A DNA stretch of 56,957 bases, filler included, from Sphacelaria rigidula (GCA_964200075.2; 5 parts of 5 records of this genome joined end to end with filler, not necessarily neighbours in it), one strand, 5' to 3'. Shown: positions 1-13,473, numbered from the whole stretch's first letter. Program-made: numbers and translations. Notes: a model not told the origin generated them from the sequence alone.

Positions 1-1490
1 TGGGCGACAACATATTGCACGACCAATATATATTAGGGTCGCATTGATGAGAACATATTGACCGGTCAATATATTGGGTCGGCGTGGGTGACAATGTATC
101 GGCGGGTCAATATATATATTAGATATTATGAGTATCGTGTACGCTCTAGGAGAGATCCAGACGCGATGGATGCCGGAGCCCGTGCAGATTGGGAAAAGCT
201 TCAAAGGGAGCCGCAGAAGTTTGCGTGCATTACTGCGGGAAGTTGTCGAATGCGTTCGATATATATATATATATATGTGTGTGTACTGCTTAGAAAATAT
301 GGTGACAGAAGGAGCGACCCGGTATACATGCCTCCTGATACCTATCTGGTCACCGGTGCGGGGCCGCCCATCCCCTTTCCAGCATGTAGTATAAATATCT
401 TGGCTATAGATCACGACGACAGAAAACGCGGGTCGAAATGCGCCTTTTGGTACCCCTGTGGTCACCGGGGCTGTGTTGCCTATACCCTGGACAATATAGT
501 ATGTTCTAATATGATACCAATACTTTGTGTTGGAGCCAGCGCAAATATTGTCCTTTCAATATATTTTGTGTTGAGATGTCCTCGGAGATATTGAAGCAAC
601 AAAATATATTGCTCGTGTCATGATCATGAAGTAATGTATGTCAATATATATTGTGCATGCCGGCCGTGTATGTATTGAAGTGTCAATATATATATATTGA
701 GTCGAGGCGATGCGTAGCATATCGTTACCATAATATATATTGAACGCAAACCATGCAGAAGTATTGTTTTTTCAATATATATTGCGCACGCTGATCGGAT
801 AGCTATTGTGCAGCCAATATATATTGAACGCGCTTGCAGAGGAATACACTGAGCATTTTCGGCATGTAAAATACGTCTTTGCATAGCGCGCACGAACAAA
901 GAACTGCCCACAATACTAATTCCAATACACTTTCCAGTCTATATGTTGAAAATCAGTCTATTTTGCTACATCAACATGTATTGTGACCGTCGGTTCCCTC
1001 GTGTATTGTCCACCCAATATATATTGGCGCTTCGGGTGTCGAATATATTGAATCGTCAATATATATTGTCTTTCCCTTGCTAAAAAAAAAATCAACCATC
1101 CAACCATCCAACCATCCATCCTCAAACAATCTTTAATTTAATTAATTAATTAATTAATTAATATATATACTCCTGTGCGAAAGAACAATTTTGATTTGAC
1201 CTCGAGTGGCAGCAAGTATATTACTCGATAAATATAAATTGGTGCCTTCTTGCACCAACATATTACTCGGCCAATATATATTGAGGTGGCGCGTTTCGTG
1301 ATATATTGTTCGGTCGATATATATTGCATGTCGCGAGCCTTGATATATTGATGGCACAATATATATCGACCCTCTCTCGTGTCATCATATTGCTCGCCCG
1401 ATATATATTGACCACCCGACGCCTCGATATATTGAGCGGGCAATATATATTACATATTGTATTGTCCAGGGTGTGATATTTTTTTACAAT
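1..1490. repeat. Dispersed array of the palindromic motif CAATAT(AT)nATTG
   Basis: caatatatattg or close variants at about 23, 67, 108, 642, 684, 815, 1015, 1057, 1272 and 1441, with irregular spacers; largely motif-free core at about 130-480. Confidence 0.75.
1066..1160 (+). repeat. ~90-bp dispersed repeat (TTGTCTTTCCCTTGC-An-(CCAT/CAAC)n-CCTCAAACAATC-AT-rich tail)
   Basis: Near-identical copy at about 20603-20690; more diverged tandem copies at about 20742-20830 and 20843-20920. Confidence 0.8.
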
Positions 1491-2259
1491 ATAATCTCTC
1501 CTCCAGGGTGTGGTATATTTATTCGAAAAAACTCCGGTACTGTACCAGAGGCAGATACTCCTACTATCACATGCCAACAACCAAGTTGTGCAAGCTACAA
1601 CAATGTGACGTCACAACAAAAGCATCGTGTAAAACGGGGAAGTGAACATTACATCACGGGTCTAATTATTCATTGTTATATATTGGATTGGATTTTCAAT
1701 GTAACACAATGGTCTTCAATGAACGCTGGCATTTCACTGCGAGCCTTTTGCCTTTCGTCAAACTGGCATCACCTTCCGTCGTAAGTGAGTAACTCGTTGG
1801 ATTCGAGTGCCAATCGGAAGGTGCTTGCAGCCATGGCCACGAAACAGTCAGTTTCATTTCAGTCAGTATGTGTTGACACCTCTGCGCACCACTTCGTGTA
1901 TACCGTTGATTCAACGACGAAAATCTCAAACTTTTGATGATGAAACGCCTCAGGAGTTGACCGAATTCCGAAATCGAAATGAGAAAAAATATAGAGATTT
2001 ACACAAAGAATTCGTCCAAGGATCAAGGTACCATAGGCCTTCGCGTGCTGTACTTTTTATGCATATTCTGCATATTCTCATGGGACATTACAGAAAGGAA
2101 CAATGCAAGGATCGGACGAATAATGTCGTCGTGATTCGTCCCATACTCAATATTTGCATGAATCAGTCTCACGATTCGTATACGAACAGTTATTCGTAGA
2201 TGCTTTGGGCTCGTGATTCGTGCAGCATTGCACGGAATTTTCATCTTTCCTGCGGCACA

Positions 2260-3900
2260 ATCCATGATGTACACCATCGAAGGTACATATTTCCTACCTT
2301 CAAATTGTATGGTACGAAGAATGGCCCATTGGTACATGTTTCCCACCTTCCATTCATGTAGCATGAATCATACGTACATGTTCCCCATCCTACATTCATA
2401 CGAGGGGAGTGAAGCGTAAATTTTCCCCGCATTTTATTCATATAGCATGAATCATACGTACATGTTCCCCACCTTTCATTCATGCCGCATGAGTGGTACG
2501 TATATGATTCCGCTTCCCATTCATGCGGCATGAACCACACGTGCATATTCCTCATCTTTCGTTCATACGACGTGAACCAAGCATGCATGTGTTCCACCTT
2601 CTAGTGATGCAGAATAAATCATACGACCATGTCCCCCGCCATCCATCCAGTCGAGATGAATCAAGTGTACATCTTTCTAATTTCCATTTATGCACAGTGA
2701 ATAATGCGTACATGTTCCCCACCCTCCATTTTTATGACATGGGTCATGAGAACAAGTTTTCCATCTGTCATTTCATGGGGTGCGACTCTTCGGTGGCGCG
2801 GCCTCTTTGCAGGTCGGGTATGCAAATAAGAGCGTGCAGGTCGCAAACGCTTCTAGAGCCAAATTCACAATCAACCCAATTTCGAATACCTTACTCACAC
2901 GCAACACAGCACGGAATCACATTACGACATGGTACAACGAGGCACAGCACACGCATCTGCGTGCCCGAGACGGTTCTTCTAGCTCTTCATTTCCCGAGCT
3001 ATGCTCTTGACGGTCATCGCGCGTTTGTGCTTTGTTCTGTGGTACAGTTGGCCTGGATATACTGTATACAAAGTCACCAAGACCTGCAAAGACGGCACCA
3101 GCACAAGGTATCCCCGCACGTTCGCACGAGTTCTCGGGGAAACTACGGCAGCGTACAGCGCAGCTCGCAGACAGTACTGTACAGCATAGTACAGCACAGC
3201 ACGCGTCTGCGTAACCAGAGCGATTCTCCTAGCAGCTGTGTACTTTCCCGAGGTAAGCTTTTGGCGGCCTCTCTGTGGTTTGATGTTCTGTTCTGTGGTA
3301 CAGTTGGCCTTAACAAACATGACAGTATAAAGACAGCTTCAGACAGTACTAGTACTGTAAGCGCCGTCCCTGCATGTTCCCGCGAGTTTTCGGAACACTC
3401 CAGCAGCTGCGCACATTGTGGTCTGCAGATAGTACGGCATCGTACAGCACAATATAGTACAGCATAACATAGCATAGCATAGCGTAGTACATGGAAACTG
3501 CACGATTTGCACAGCGGATAACAGAGAACAGCCGTACTAAACCTTCCATACATACGGCATGAAGCACAGGTGCATGCTTCCTCTGTTCAATCGATGCAGC
3601 ATAAATCACATGTTCATGTTTTCCATCTTCCATGTATCAAGTGTTCCATGTTTTCCACCTCCCGTTCATTCGGGATGAGTCACAGGTGTACATTTCTCCT
3701 CTTTTATTCATGGAGTATGAACCACATGTACGTGTTTTCCACCTTCCATACACACCAGGTGAACTCAAGTGTACATGTTTTTCACCTTTCATTCATACCG
3801 CATGGGTCATACGCACATGTCTTCCCCCTGTGATTTACGCGGAATAAATCAAGTGCACATGTTTCCCACCAGTGATTCGTACAGGAACTGTGATTCGTAC
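2260..3900. repeat. Degenerate 42-bp minisatellite in two blocks (about 2260-2780 and 3540-3900) around a different core
   Basis: tacatgttYccc recurs at 2333, 2375 and 2459 (period 42); consensus approximately CATGAATCATACGTACATGTTCCCCACCTTTCATTCATG; the core has its own duplication (tgttctgtggtacagttggcct at about 3033 and 3289). Confidence 0.8.
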
Positions 3901-4139
3901 ATAGTTTACACTCTTCACTGGCGTGACACTCCTTGAGGTGTACGAGTACACATTCCCAGTTCATGATTCGCTCGGTACAACCTTGAACACACAACTGTAC
4001 CATCCGTGATCGACACCGGATGAGTCATTTGTACACGATTTGCACTCAACATTCATGAGGAGTCAACGGGTATGAACTCCTGATTTGTTCGGACCAAAGG
4101 ACAATCCGCACAGTATTCTTTCCTAGCATCCGTGTGGCA

Positions 4140-4363
4140 GAGATCGGCCATTTCTGTGTGTGCTTTCTTTGCTTTTATTCATTTATTTCGGTCATTTTTG
4201 TTTCTTGTATGTCTGCGTCTTACTACGCTATTCTGTTCTACCTTTTCTTCTGTTTCTTCCTTTTTTTTCAGCGAGTGTTTGAGTTTCGTTGTGTCTTTGG
4301 TACGTCGATCATGCGACCACGGCTGGATCCCTGGGGGGTCAGTTAAAGTGCGACAATCAAACA
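4140..4363 (+). mobile_element. Non-LTR retroposon (SINE/LINE) 3' end, family A, T-rich body with (CAAT)n tail
   Basis: Core ATCATGCGACCACGGCTGGATCCCTGGGGGGTCAGTTAAAGTGCGACAATCAA shared with copies at about 5546, 31081 (minus) and 38428. Confidence 0.7.
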
Positions 4364-4513
4364 AAAAAAATAAAAAAATGGCGATGTGATCATGGGGGTG
4401 TTAAAACATCCACAGAGATGTGTAGACAACGGTTACCTGGGGGATTCCTTTCTGTGCCCCCGACAATAATACACTACAACGGATATTTCTCACAGGCATC
4501 ACACTCCTCTCAC

Positions 4514-4637
4514 CACGTGTTAGGCTTCTACTTATCATGCTAGCACGGTTTGACAAAAAATTGACCCATCACTATTTTTAAGATGAACGATTTTCTCAAA
4601 AACCGTGCTAGCATAATGAGTAAAACCCTACCACGTG
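4514..4637. mobile_element. 124-bp MITE-like hairpin with ~38-bp imperfect TIRs
   Basis: cacgtgttaggcttctacttatcatgctagcacggttt versus the reverse complement of aaaccgtgctagcataatgagtaaaaccctaccacgtg; no clear TSD. Confidence 0.7.
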
Positions 4638-5429
4638 TGCTCATGATCATACATACCAACAGATCCGTGGAACATGACGAGGAGGGGAAGCGTTACTGAT
4701 TGACTCCACTTGTCGCAAATGATGGAGCTTACTCATACCAAACAAGGCACCCTTCTTCAGATTAGCTGCCAAGCTGACACTTTATCTAATCTCAGACACC
4801 TTGCATAGCCTACATAACTGGTCTGGTAAGATGCACTCTATACATCACCATTGGGAGTTCAAGAAGGCCATAAAGGTCTGAAGTGTCGTGCGTGGATGTG
4901 TGCAAATCGTCGCCCAATCTAGCCCATCACGCTTTCCTAGCTTCATTCTACGATAACCCCATGTGAATAAACATGCATGGACAAAGACTGTTCAAGCTTG
5001 GCAACTAGTAGGATGACTCGAGATATCAATCGAACCGTTCGACTGTGGTGACCCGTACTGCAACTGAGGATGTCAATATCAAAGAAGACATCACCCGCCC
5101 CTGTCAACAGTCCACAGACATGGCTGTACCCCGAGAATCAAGGGCCTTCTTCAATACAGGGAGTACATCTTCGACATTGCTCAGTAGAGTACATGGCATC
5201 GCCGCAGAAAACAAGTAGCCACAACCTAAAAACAATGGACAATTCTTATGGCAGTATGCTCGGGTGTCCGCAATAATGTTCAGCCCCTGGGTGACTGCCG
5301 ATAACAAATCTGTGCCACTAGGGGATGCCAAGCCTGCATTTTCTGGAGCCTGCTATCGCCATCCAGACACGAGTAGAGTAGATGACACGTCGTCAACGAA
5401 TGCTGAGCAATGACAAAGCCATTGTTTAC

Positions 5430-5611
5430 CTAGTAGTTTTTTTTTTTTTTTCACGTCTTAGTCTACTATGTCGTTTCGGTTCGACTTTTTCTGTTCCTTC
5501 TTCTTCAACGAGTGTTTCAGTCTTGTTTTTTCTTGGGTACGTCTATCCTGTGACCACGGCTGGATCATGACCCCTGGGGAGTCAGTTAAAGTGCGACAAT
5601 CAACCAATCAA
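5430..5611 (+). mobile_element. Family A retroposon 3' end
   Basis: gaccacggctggatc...cctggggagtcagttaaagtgcgacaatcaaccaatcaa preceded by a T-rich tract. Confidence 0.7.
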
Positions 5612-7806
5612 AAGAGGGGCGGACGGGCATCAACCAAAGTCCTGTGAGAACACTGAGATGCAACCAACCTGCCACTAATGAAGTATACACAGTCACACGC
5701 AGTATAACACACCTGAAGCCTAGCAGCTGGGTCGAAGCAACCAAGGCACACGAACGACAAAAGTTGATCTCGTTCCTGTTGCTCAGAAGCGCACCCCCAC
5801 AAGAACGCCGTTTCTTGAGCCTGCCCCTGCCCAAAGAACGCCACCCCTTCTTCTGCCGATGATGATGATGACCCCGCGTCGACTATTCCACCGGAATTTA
5901 TTTGACCCGAGGTGAACATATCCGCGATCGCCTGCGGCCCGCCCTCGCCCCCTAAGCCTCCTGTTCCCCGGCCCGTAGTGCTACCACTTTCTGTCCCGCT
6001 GCCTTCTAAGCTGACGCTCACGTCTGCCTTCAAAGAGGTGTATCTTTTCGTGACGTAATGTGACGTCATCGTGCGGGGGGGAAGGAGTAGGAAAGTAGTG
6101 AGTAAGTGATTGAGTTGATGTCTTCGATTGGTGTCGAACGTCAACGACACAGCAGATACATTGTTCGATAAAATATAGAGTTCTCGCACAAACAAAGCTA
6201 CCTTGAAGAGCCCATCAACTCACGTCCCCATGAACCAGTGACTTGTACGTTCTTCATTTCGACACCCGCTCAGCTATTTCCTACCCCGTCAAGTGCCGGA
6301 GGGGGAAACGTGGGGGGGCGGGGGCGTGGGCGGGAGGGGTGCGAAGGTAATCTCTCATTGAAGTGGCGTTTTTTCGTTCGAAGGCTTGTTCTATTTTTCA
6401 GGATTCTCCTCGATTTTCCACTGCAATGCATCGCAATGTTGGGATTCTACCCGCGACATTGCTCGAATTTACAAAATCCAGTACCCATCAACCATGGTCC
6501 TGGGCAAGATCGCAATCCCCATCAGCCGTGAAGACCGTACCGCGAACGGGTTGCACCGCACCGCACCGTACCGTGCAAACATCGCGGAATGCCCGCACTG
6601 TGCCGCGGGAACACACGACATACCATCGAATGCGCTTTATGAAAGAGGGGGAAAGCGAGATACAGAAGAACCTTATTCGCATGAAGCCGTTTCTTCTCGT
6701 CGTCGTCTGACGCCGCCCTCCCCCGCCTCTTTCTTGAGACGTCACCATCAAGCGGTGTAACCCGTGGCTGTCTCTGGAAGTGGTGATACCAGAAAATGGA
6801 AGCAACTCATTCGAGGCTGCTATCCATCCGTACGCTTCTGACCGAACCATTTATTTTGTAGAATGCAGCTCACCCCTCATGCGACTCGCCGAACACACCA
6901 CGGTACTTCGCGCCTGATGATTGACTCTGCGAACCTCATCCGGCGATAACCCGGCGTACTCCGTCTCGGCTTCGTAGGGATGCGAGGGAAGTTTCTAGTG
7001 ACTGCGACATGCAAAATCACGAGTATACACATCCCCTTCCCCCTCCTCGGGACGAGTCCCATCTTGAGGCACCAAGCCATCTCTACCCGGGTACCCGCCT
7101 TGCACTTTCATGAAGTCAGCCATTGGATCAACTTCTTCGCACCACGTTTCATTTAACTTTGCGTGTAGAACCCACTGGTTCTCACACTTTTACACGATGG
7201 ACACGGGAGAAAAAAGGGGGGGGGGGGGGGACTATGCTGTCAGGATGCGAAAAAAGCTCCAACCAAGTTCGCCCATGCTAGTGTTCTTTTGTCACACTCG
7301 TAAGGCACCTACATTATACCGGCGCGCGGCGGCACCCCCTAGTCGTATTCATTATTTGACAATCGTCGCCGTGGTGCGTCATTGATCAAACATATACCTC
7401 ACGTCATCTCTCCTTCTCCGTATCAAAAGATGTAGATATAGTATATACACACAGATTATTTCGAACTCACGAGCGTGAAGCATACTTTGTAACGAGGGGT
7501 CCACGAGATGTAACGCTGATTTTAGTGTGCAAGTTCCTCCGCACCCGCCCCGGGAGATGACTGTTCGGGTCAATGCCAATGCTAGGGGTCCGGTTAACGG
7601 ATTCATGCTTTACTTTGTGCGGGGGTACACGTGCGCTCGCGACCGTTCGAACGAACGCGCGATCGCGGTGGTCCTGCAATGTTTTCCGGCGGGCATGAAC
7701 ATTTCGAGAGGGGATCTATTCTCACGAGGGCTTGGCAAGGCAAGAATACCGAGACCCTCGAAAAAGACAGACGGGACCGGGGCGCAGCCCCGGGTTCCGT
7801 GCGCCT

Positions 7807-7842
<36 letters not shown>

Positions 7843-8260
7843 AGAGTTTCTGCGGCTTCGCCGCCACGACCACTGGATCAACAGCCAAGGTACATGAGCA
7901 CCGGTGATAGCTGTGTGCGTTGCGTAATGACAAAGGTCATAGTTTGGAGAAGCCGCAGCAGCTCATGGGCTCAGCACGGTAGTCAATCTGGATCATGGAT
8001 ACTTTTACTGAGTGAAATTGATGCCACTGCAACATATGACCTACTTTTTTTCTCGCCGTCAAAGGGTTGATGGAGAGCGGCGGGAGATATTTTCCGTGTC
8101 TTGTGATTGTTTTATGAGCATGATGCCGGTTCGATTTTCATGTGAAATCGATGCCGATTCCACAAAAGACATCAATCGTTCCGTTTTCAGCCCTAGGGGC
8201 AACATGGATAATGAGAACGTACGAAGGCTCAACACAACCCATCACAAAACCTGAGGAATT

Positions 8261-8526
8261 GACCACCCCGCAAACCAAGCACACATATAGTGGCAACTAA
8301 TTTGATCGTTTGATCGCCAATCAAGAAACGAATTTACCGCCCACCAAGCACACATATAGTGGCAACGAATTTGATCATTTGATCGCCAATCAAGAAACGA
8401 AGTGACCGCCCACCAAAAACACATGTGGTGGCAACGAATTTGACCATTTGATCGTCGAACCAAGAAACGAAGTGACCACCAACCAAAACACATATAGTGG
8501 TAATGGATTTGATCATTTGACCGCCA
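8261..8526. repeat. 69-70-bp tandem repeat, about 4 copies
   Basis: accaagcacacatatagtggcaac at 8274 and 8343; diverged units continue to about 8526. Confidence 0.9.
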
Positions 8527-8699
8527 TGATGGGTTATCATACCTGTTGTTGAATCGGCATCAGTTACTTGGACTTGACCAATTACTGCGTGGCCCAGATG
8601 ACCTACCCTACCGGTCAAAGGATGGAAACAGTAAAAATGAAGTAAAGTCGAGACCATGCGATATACATGCATGATAGTTGTGTACCTTACGTGTCATAC

Positions 8700-8943
8700 A
8701 GAAGGAGGTCAACACAGGAAATTCTGTGGTGGTCGCCATATTTTTTTATCGCCAGAGAGGTTCAGCGGTCTCTTTCCCTCGTCAACCGTGACATCGAATT
8801 CTGTCTACCCACGACATAGTCGCCGTCCACTGTTGAACATGGTGTTAAATAAAATCCCAGGTCGTGTGAATGCACCGAGGTTCGAATCCACGACCCAATC
8901 GTCATAAGGTTTCGGGGTTACCAACTGAGCCACCGGGGCGACC
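8700..8943 (-). mobile_element. tRNA-derived SINE
   Basis: Minus strand starts GGTCGCCCCGGTGGCTCAGTTGGTAACC (A box), followed by GGATTCGAACC (B-box-like); body aligns with 12850-13209. Confidence 0.75.
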
Positions 8944-11313
8944 ATCTGCGGACTAAAATATGAAAAAATAGAAGCCGGCGCCTAATGACAAGAACGCATG
9001 TACGGGAGCGTATCAGCAGCAGCAGCAGCAGCAAAACAGCAGGCCAGAGACAGTAAAAGGAAAGTACAGTCGAGAAGATGCGACACGCGGGCAAGATCAC
9101 AACATGCTCCGGGTGTGCCCCGAGATTGAACGAAGAGTCGTTCCGCACAGCCAATTTGCTGAACATGGTGCCGATTCAATTCTCAAGTGAAAACGATACC
9201 GGTTCCGCGAATAAATGTGGGCCTGTGTAAGGCAAGAGGTGGCATCTCCGACGGTCAAAGGGTCCCCCGCCCGACGAGGAAATGCATCAAAGGTCACAAT
9301 GCCATGGAGAACACAGCGCGGAAAGGGGTAGCAAGGGGTATGCCCCCCAAACCTAAGCAGGACGGGAACGCCCCCCAATGCCCAGCGAAGTGCAACCGAA
9401 GAGGCAGATACGTATAATCAGCGAAAAAAAATACTCTAAAATCAAGTACGAAACAAATGCTGGCTTCTCAGACCTTCAGACAACAACATGACCCCGAAAG
9501 GTATGTACTCTGAAATCAAGCGGAAAATACACCAAAGTCTGCAGGGCTTGACAATGAGCCGAAACGTAACCTGTATATATTGTTTAAACATATGTAAATA
9601 TAAATCGCTTCCTTGATATTATGGCTTCGATTTCTTTCGCATCTTCACAACTTATAAATTGGTGATTGGCACACTGTGCTTACGTGGGTGGCCTCCAATA
9701 GACTGACTGCATTGCGCTTAACCCTTGGACATCGACCCCCCCGCAGGTGGCTGAGACGGAATATGCATTATTTGGAATTCAGAGTAGCTCTTTTCTTGCT
9801 GCGTAAAACGCTTTTTTTTCACCATCATGTGGATGCTGGGCATGTATATAGAGAGTGGTTCCCGAGAGCTCCTTACCGGTTGTGACAATGCAGTCAATGG
9901 GTTACAGAGTCAGTATGTGTGCGGTATGTCTCCGCTGGATACAAGGGCAACATACAGTCAGCGTGCCATCGCTCTCCACTGAACACAATTTACAGCATGC
10001 TGCTGGTGACTCTGGATAGTGTTTCACAACAACACTACAGCCAGTGTGAAGCTATCCTTGCAACACATGAGGCATCAGGCAAGCGCACACCTCGAGCAGA
10101 GTACAAAGCAAGTTATTTGTACCCATGTAAGCTATGGTTGAATTGCCATGAACAAAATGAGAAATACCGATAGACAGCGAATCAGTCCACCTGTAGTCCA
10201 CCTGTAGTCCACCTGTAGAGGAGCTACGTGCTCATTTTGACGGCCGCGATTGGTCAGAATGGTCATTCCGCGCCTCTCGGGCCTCCTTCCTGGCTTAGAA
10301 TCTTCCACGGTAGAATTCTAAAAACACACCGTTGACTTGATGAGCGTTTTGCCTGTTTTGCGGACAGACACCCCCTCTCTCAAAAAACCACCCCCCCAAC
10401 GGCCACTGGAAACCCCCGAATGTCTCCGGACTGTCAGCCTGTGAAACTGCTCCGAGGCAGCGCTCGCTATGTAAGGGTTAACGGGGGCGAGTGGCCACCG
10501 CAAATCAGGGAGAAGCTATTATAGTAGGCAATAGCATAGCGTCGGGGTGGGTGGGTTACCGGCGTTTCAGGCCGGTTGCCGATATTGTTCCGAAATGCGG
10601 CATGGCGCCCAGAGAGTTTCTGAAATGAAGACGGAAAGCCGGTAGCCAACGCCCATAAGACGTAGCGCCTCGTACTCATACAACAAGCAGTGAGGCTTTT
10701 GTTCTCGAAGGAATGCATTTCCCCACGTATACCGCACATACATGACCGCACACAAGCAGATCTCACCTATCTTCCAGCTGCTCCTCGAGGCTGCTATCAA
10801 ACCCGTCGCTATTTCTCGTCTCATGGCCCCACAACAACTCATCCAGCCTTCTACTTTCTCCGCCCGTCTCCTCTCGGTCATCGTCCGGATCCGCCTCCTC
10901 GCCCCCGGCAGCAGCGGTAGGAGGTTCCAGCGTTGACACGTCCAGTTCGCCACCCCCTCGCCTAAACTTACTTACCAAGTCGTCGTCATCCTCGTCGTCT
11001 GATACATCACCAACCTCCCTGTTGCCGGGATCATCCCTGCGTTCGTCGTTGATAGAGGTGTATGCCGAGATTGGATAGTTTTGGGTGATGATAATGTCGC
11101 CATGGTTCAGGTCAGGCCACGAGGTGGCAGACGGCGTGGTGCGCGTAGGGGCACGGGGGGCGGGGCGACGGGAGGGTATTCATTCGTTGCTTGCCTTAGT
11201 CATTTGACCATTGACCACGCATCCCTTTCGAGACGGAGCATGAGGTAGGGAGGGGGGGTGCACTCATGATCATGCATGCCATAGTCATCAGACCATTGAC
11301 CTCGCATCCCTAC

Positions 11314-11413
11314 NNNNNNNNNNNNNNNNNNNNNNNNNNNNNNNNNNNNNNNNNNNNTTAATTAATTAANNNNNNNNNNNNNNNNNNNNNNNNNNNNNNN
11401 NNNNNNNNNNNNN
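11314..11413. other. Artificial contig linker N44-TTAATTAATTAA-N44
   Basis: The same 100-nt layout occurs four times; the 12-mer gives stops in all six frames. Confidence 0.97.
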
Positions 11414-11434
11414 CTGCGTACGGAGGGTAGGAGA

Positions 11435-11475
<41 letters not shown>

Positions 11476-12179
11476 AGGGGGGGGATCGACGGGGGTGAAA
11501 ATCACCTCTCCAGTACGAATATCCTCAAGCCCTACATCTTCGGAGGTGGGGGCGAAGATATCGCAAGATGCAGAAAACGTGTACGAACCTTTGATAAAGA
11601 CCAAACAACGCACAAACACACGCAACACCTACACGAACGACAACAAAGAAATAGGACAACCGCACACAGTAAATCCAAGTACACAATACAGTAGGCCACA
11701 TATACGCCATCACGCCAGACCCAAAATTCACACAAGAGAAATGGAACACCCAGATATATCAAAACCCGAACAGAATCAATGTTTGGTATCCTTCACCCAA
11801 AGCATTTTTCCCCCATCCGCTTCCCCACAACACATGATCGAAACCACAAATAACCCCTTTATTTGCACCCCTCCCTAACCCCCCCGCCCGGCACATTGCA
11901 CAACAGAACAACACAGAAATGAACATGACACGGTGACCATAATTGGGACATCGAGCCTCGGGCCCACCGAGAGGGGGGTAGGGAGGTGGGGAGGTGGGCG
12001 GAAGGGAGGGAAGGGGAGGGGTGGAAGGAGGAGTGGGCTGTGCAATACGACACTCGACAAAAGAGGAAACACCTGTTCGATATCTTCTCCTTTTAACTTA
12101 ACTGTAAAATTACTCTCTGCATCATCATGGCACACTCGCTTTGGACAAGAACGTCTACATACTGTACCATATCTCCCTC

Positions 12180-12644
12180 CTACTGCCGCATCAAGCCGAT
12201 AGGCGCGGGCTGGTGGTGATGGTAAACAGCGGCCGGCGCATACATGACCGGGCCGCGCCACAGGCTAAAGCCGGGCATCGCAACACCCCCACCTCCCTGA
12301 CTTTGCTTGTGATACTGGTGCTGCTGCTGCTGTTGCACACGCTGCCCGTGCGCCCTGCGCGCATGGTCATGGACAGTAAGCGGTGCAGGCACAACGGGAA
12401 CGTCCTGAGGGACGCCGGACGGTACCCCCCGACTGTAGTCCACGATGGCGTAGGGGTGGTTCATGTTCCCAGCGGGAATATGGCCATGGTGACCTGCACT
12501 TGCGTTGTGGACGCCCATGAGGTTGCCGTGGGCGCCGCCACACGCGGCGCTTTGGTGGTGATGAGGGCTCGCGTACAACTTATCCAGGCACTCACGCTGC
12601 TGGTACGGCCCCGGCTGTCCGTTGAAGGGTGGAGAGCGTACAGC
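12180..12644 (-). CDS. Exon 3 (terminal) of the 428-aa RVxF-motif protein; His/Gln/Pro-rich low-complexity tail
   Basis: ttgctcag|GCT acceptor in phase 0, matching the exon 2 donor; AVRSPPFNGQ...IGLMRQ then TAG at 12182-12180. Confidence 0.7.
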   Translation of the reverse strand, partial: AVRSPPFNGQPGPYQQRECLDKLYASPHHHQSAACGGAHGNLMGVHNASAGHHGHIPAGNMNHPYAIVDYSRGVPSGVPQDVPVVPAPLTVHDHARRAHGQRVQQQQQHQYHKQSQGGGGVAMPGFSLWRGPVMYAPAAVYHHHQPAPIGLMRQ

Positions 12645-12849
12645 CTGAGCAAGTGATGCAGCAACGATCGTGGTGATCAAGACGAAAAAGCGAGATCGTG
12701 CACCTGGACTAGAAAGAGGGGGGCATTCTGTGTCACCACAACAGTGGCCGACCAAGTGTTTTTGTGTGCTAGTGTTTTTGTGTGCTGTGTATTGTTACAT
12801 TTATTTTGGGCACCAGTCTACATTTCGGTATATGAGGGTGCATCAGCCG

Positions 12850-13209
12850 GGGGTCACACAGGAGGAAGGTCAGCACAGGAGCTTTTCTCTTCTTTATTTG
12901 TTTTCAATACCCCACCTTCATTTTGCGTGTTTTCAATACCCCACCTTCATTTTGCGTGTTTTCAATACCCCACCTCCCCCACAATACCCCACCTTCATTT
13001 TGCGGTGCTTGCCTCTATTTCTTTACCGCGAGGGGTTCAGCAGTCCCTTTCCCTCGTCTATGGTGAAGTCGAATTTTTGTGTTCTCACGACACAGTCGCT
13101 CTCCACTGTTGGGCATGGTGTGAGAAAAGATTCCAGATCGCTCCGGGGATCGAACCCCCTACTCAACCATCAAAAGGTTAAAAGGTTACCAACTGAGCCA
13201 CCGGGGCGT
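12850..13209 (-). mobile_element. tRNA-derived SINE with internal 29-bp tandem repeat (12901-13004), in intron 2 of the minus-strand gene
   Basis: CGCCCCGGTGGCTCAGTTGGTAACC...GGTTCGATCCCC on the minus strand; homologous to 8700-8943. Confidence 0.75.
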
Positions 13210-13236
13210 TTGTGAGCAACACAAAATGGCCGCCCG

Positions 13237-13426
13237 AGGCCGTGTTATCAAATTGTTTTCGACTCGAAAACGTACGGGGCAATCGCAATTGCTGGTACCT
13301 AATACGTCTACAGCATTCAAGCAATCAACCATCGGAAAAAGTAGTCAGCGTGGACGAATCAGAAACGAGCGAATTCGACTCGACCTCACGTTTTCGACAC
13401 AAAAAAAGTTGGATGAGACACGGCCT
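13237..13426. mobile_element. MITE with AGGCCGTGT...ACACGGCCT TIRs (PIF/Harbinger-like by inference)
   Basis: Terminal inverted repeats; same family as the clustered copies at 49096-51250. Confidence 0.7.
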
Positions 13427-13473
13427 TACAGGGCGGAAAAAAAAACATAGGCGAAGTGCCACGCAACTCGCAC

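Noticed and set aside
2523..3467. 314-aa ORF, the longest in the track
   Set aside because: Runs through minisatellite and CAGTA-type simple repeats; no recognisable domain or splice support
8261..8526. 69-bp repeats as a CRISPR array or repeat-protein exon
   Set aside because: The whole unit is repeated with no spacers, indels shift the frame, and no convincing splice context exists
8872..8943. Functional tRNA gene (also 13140-13209)
   Set aside because: A/B boxes are present but no convincing cloverleaf, and both copies continue into a shared non-tRNA body, as expected for SINE heads
11358..11369. TTAATTAATTAA as a biological motif
   Set aside because: Centred identically in four 100-nt N blocks; an assembly spacer
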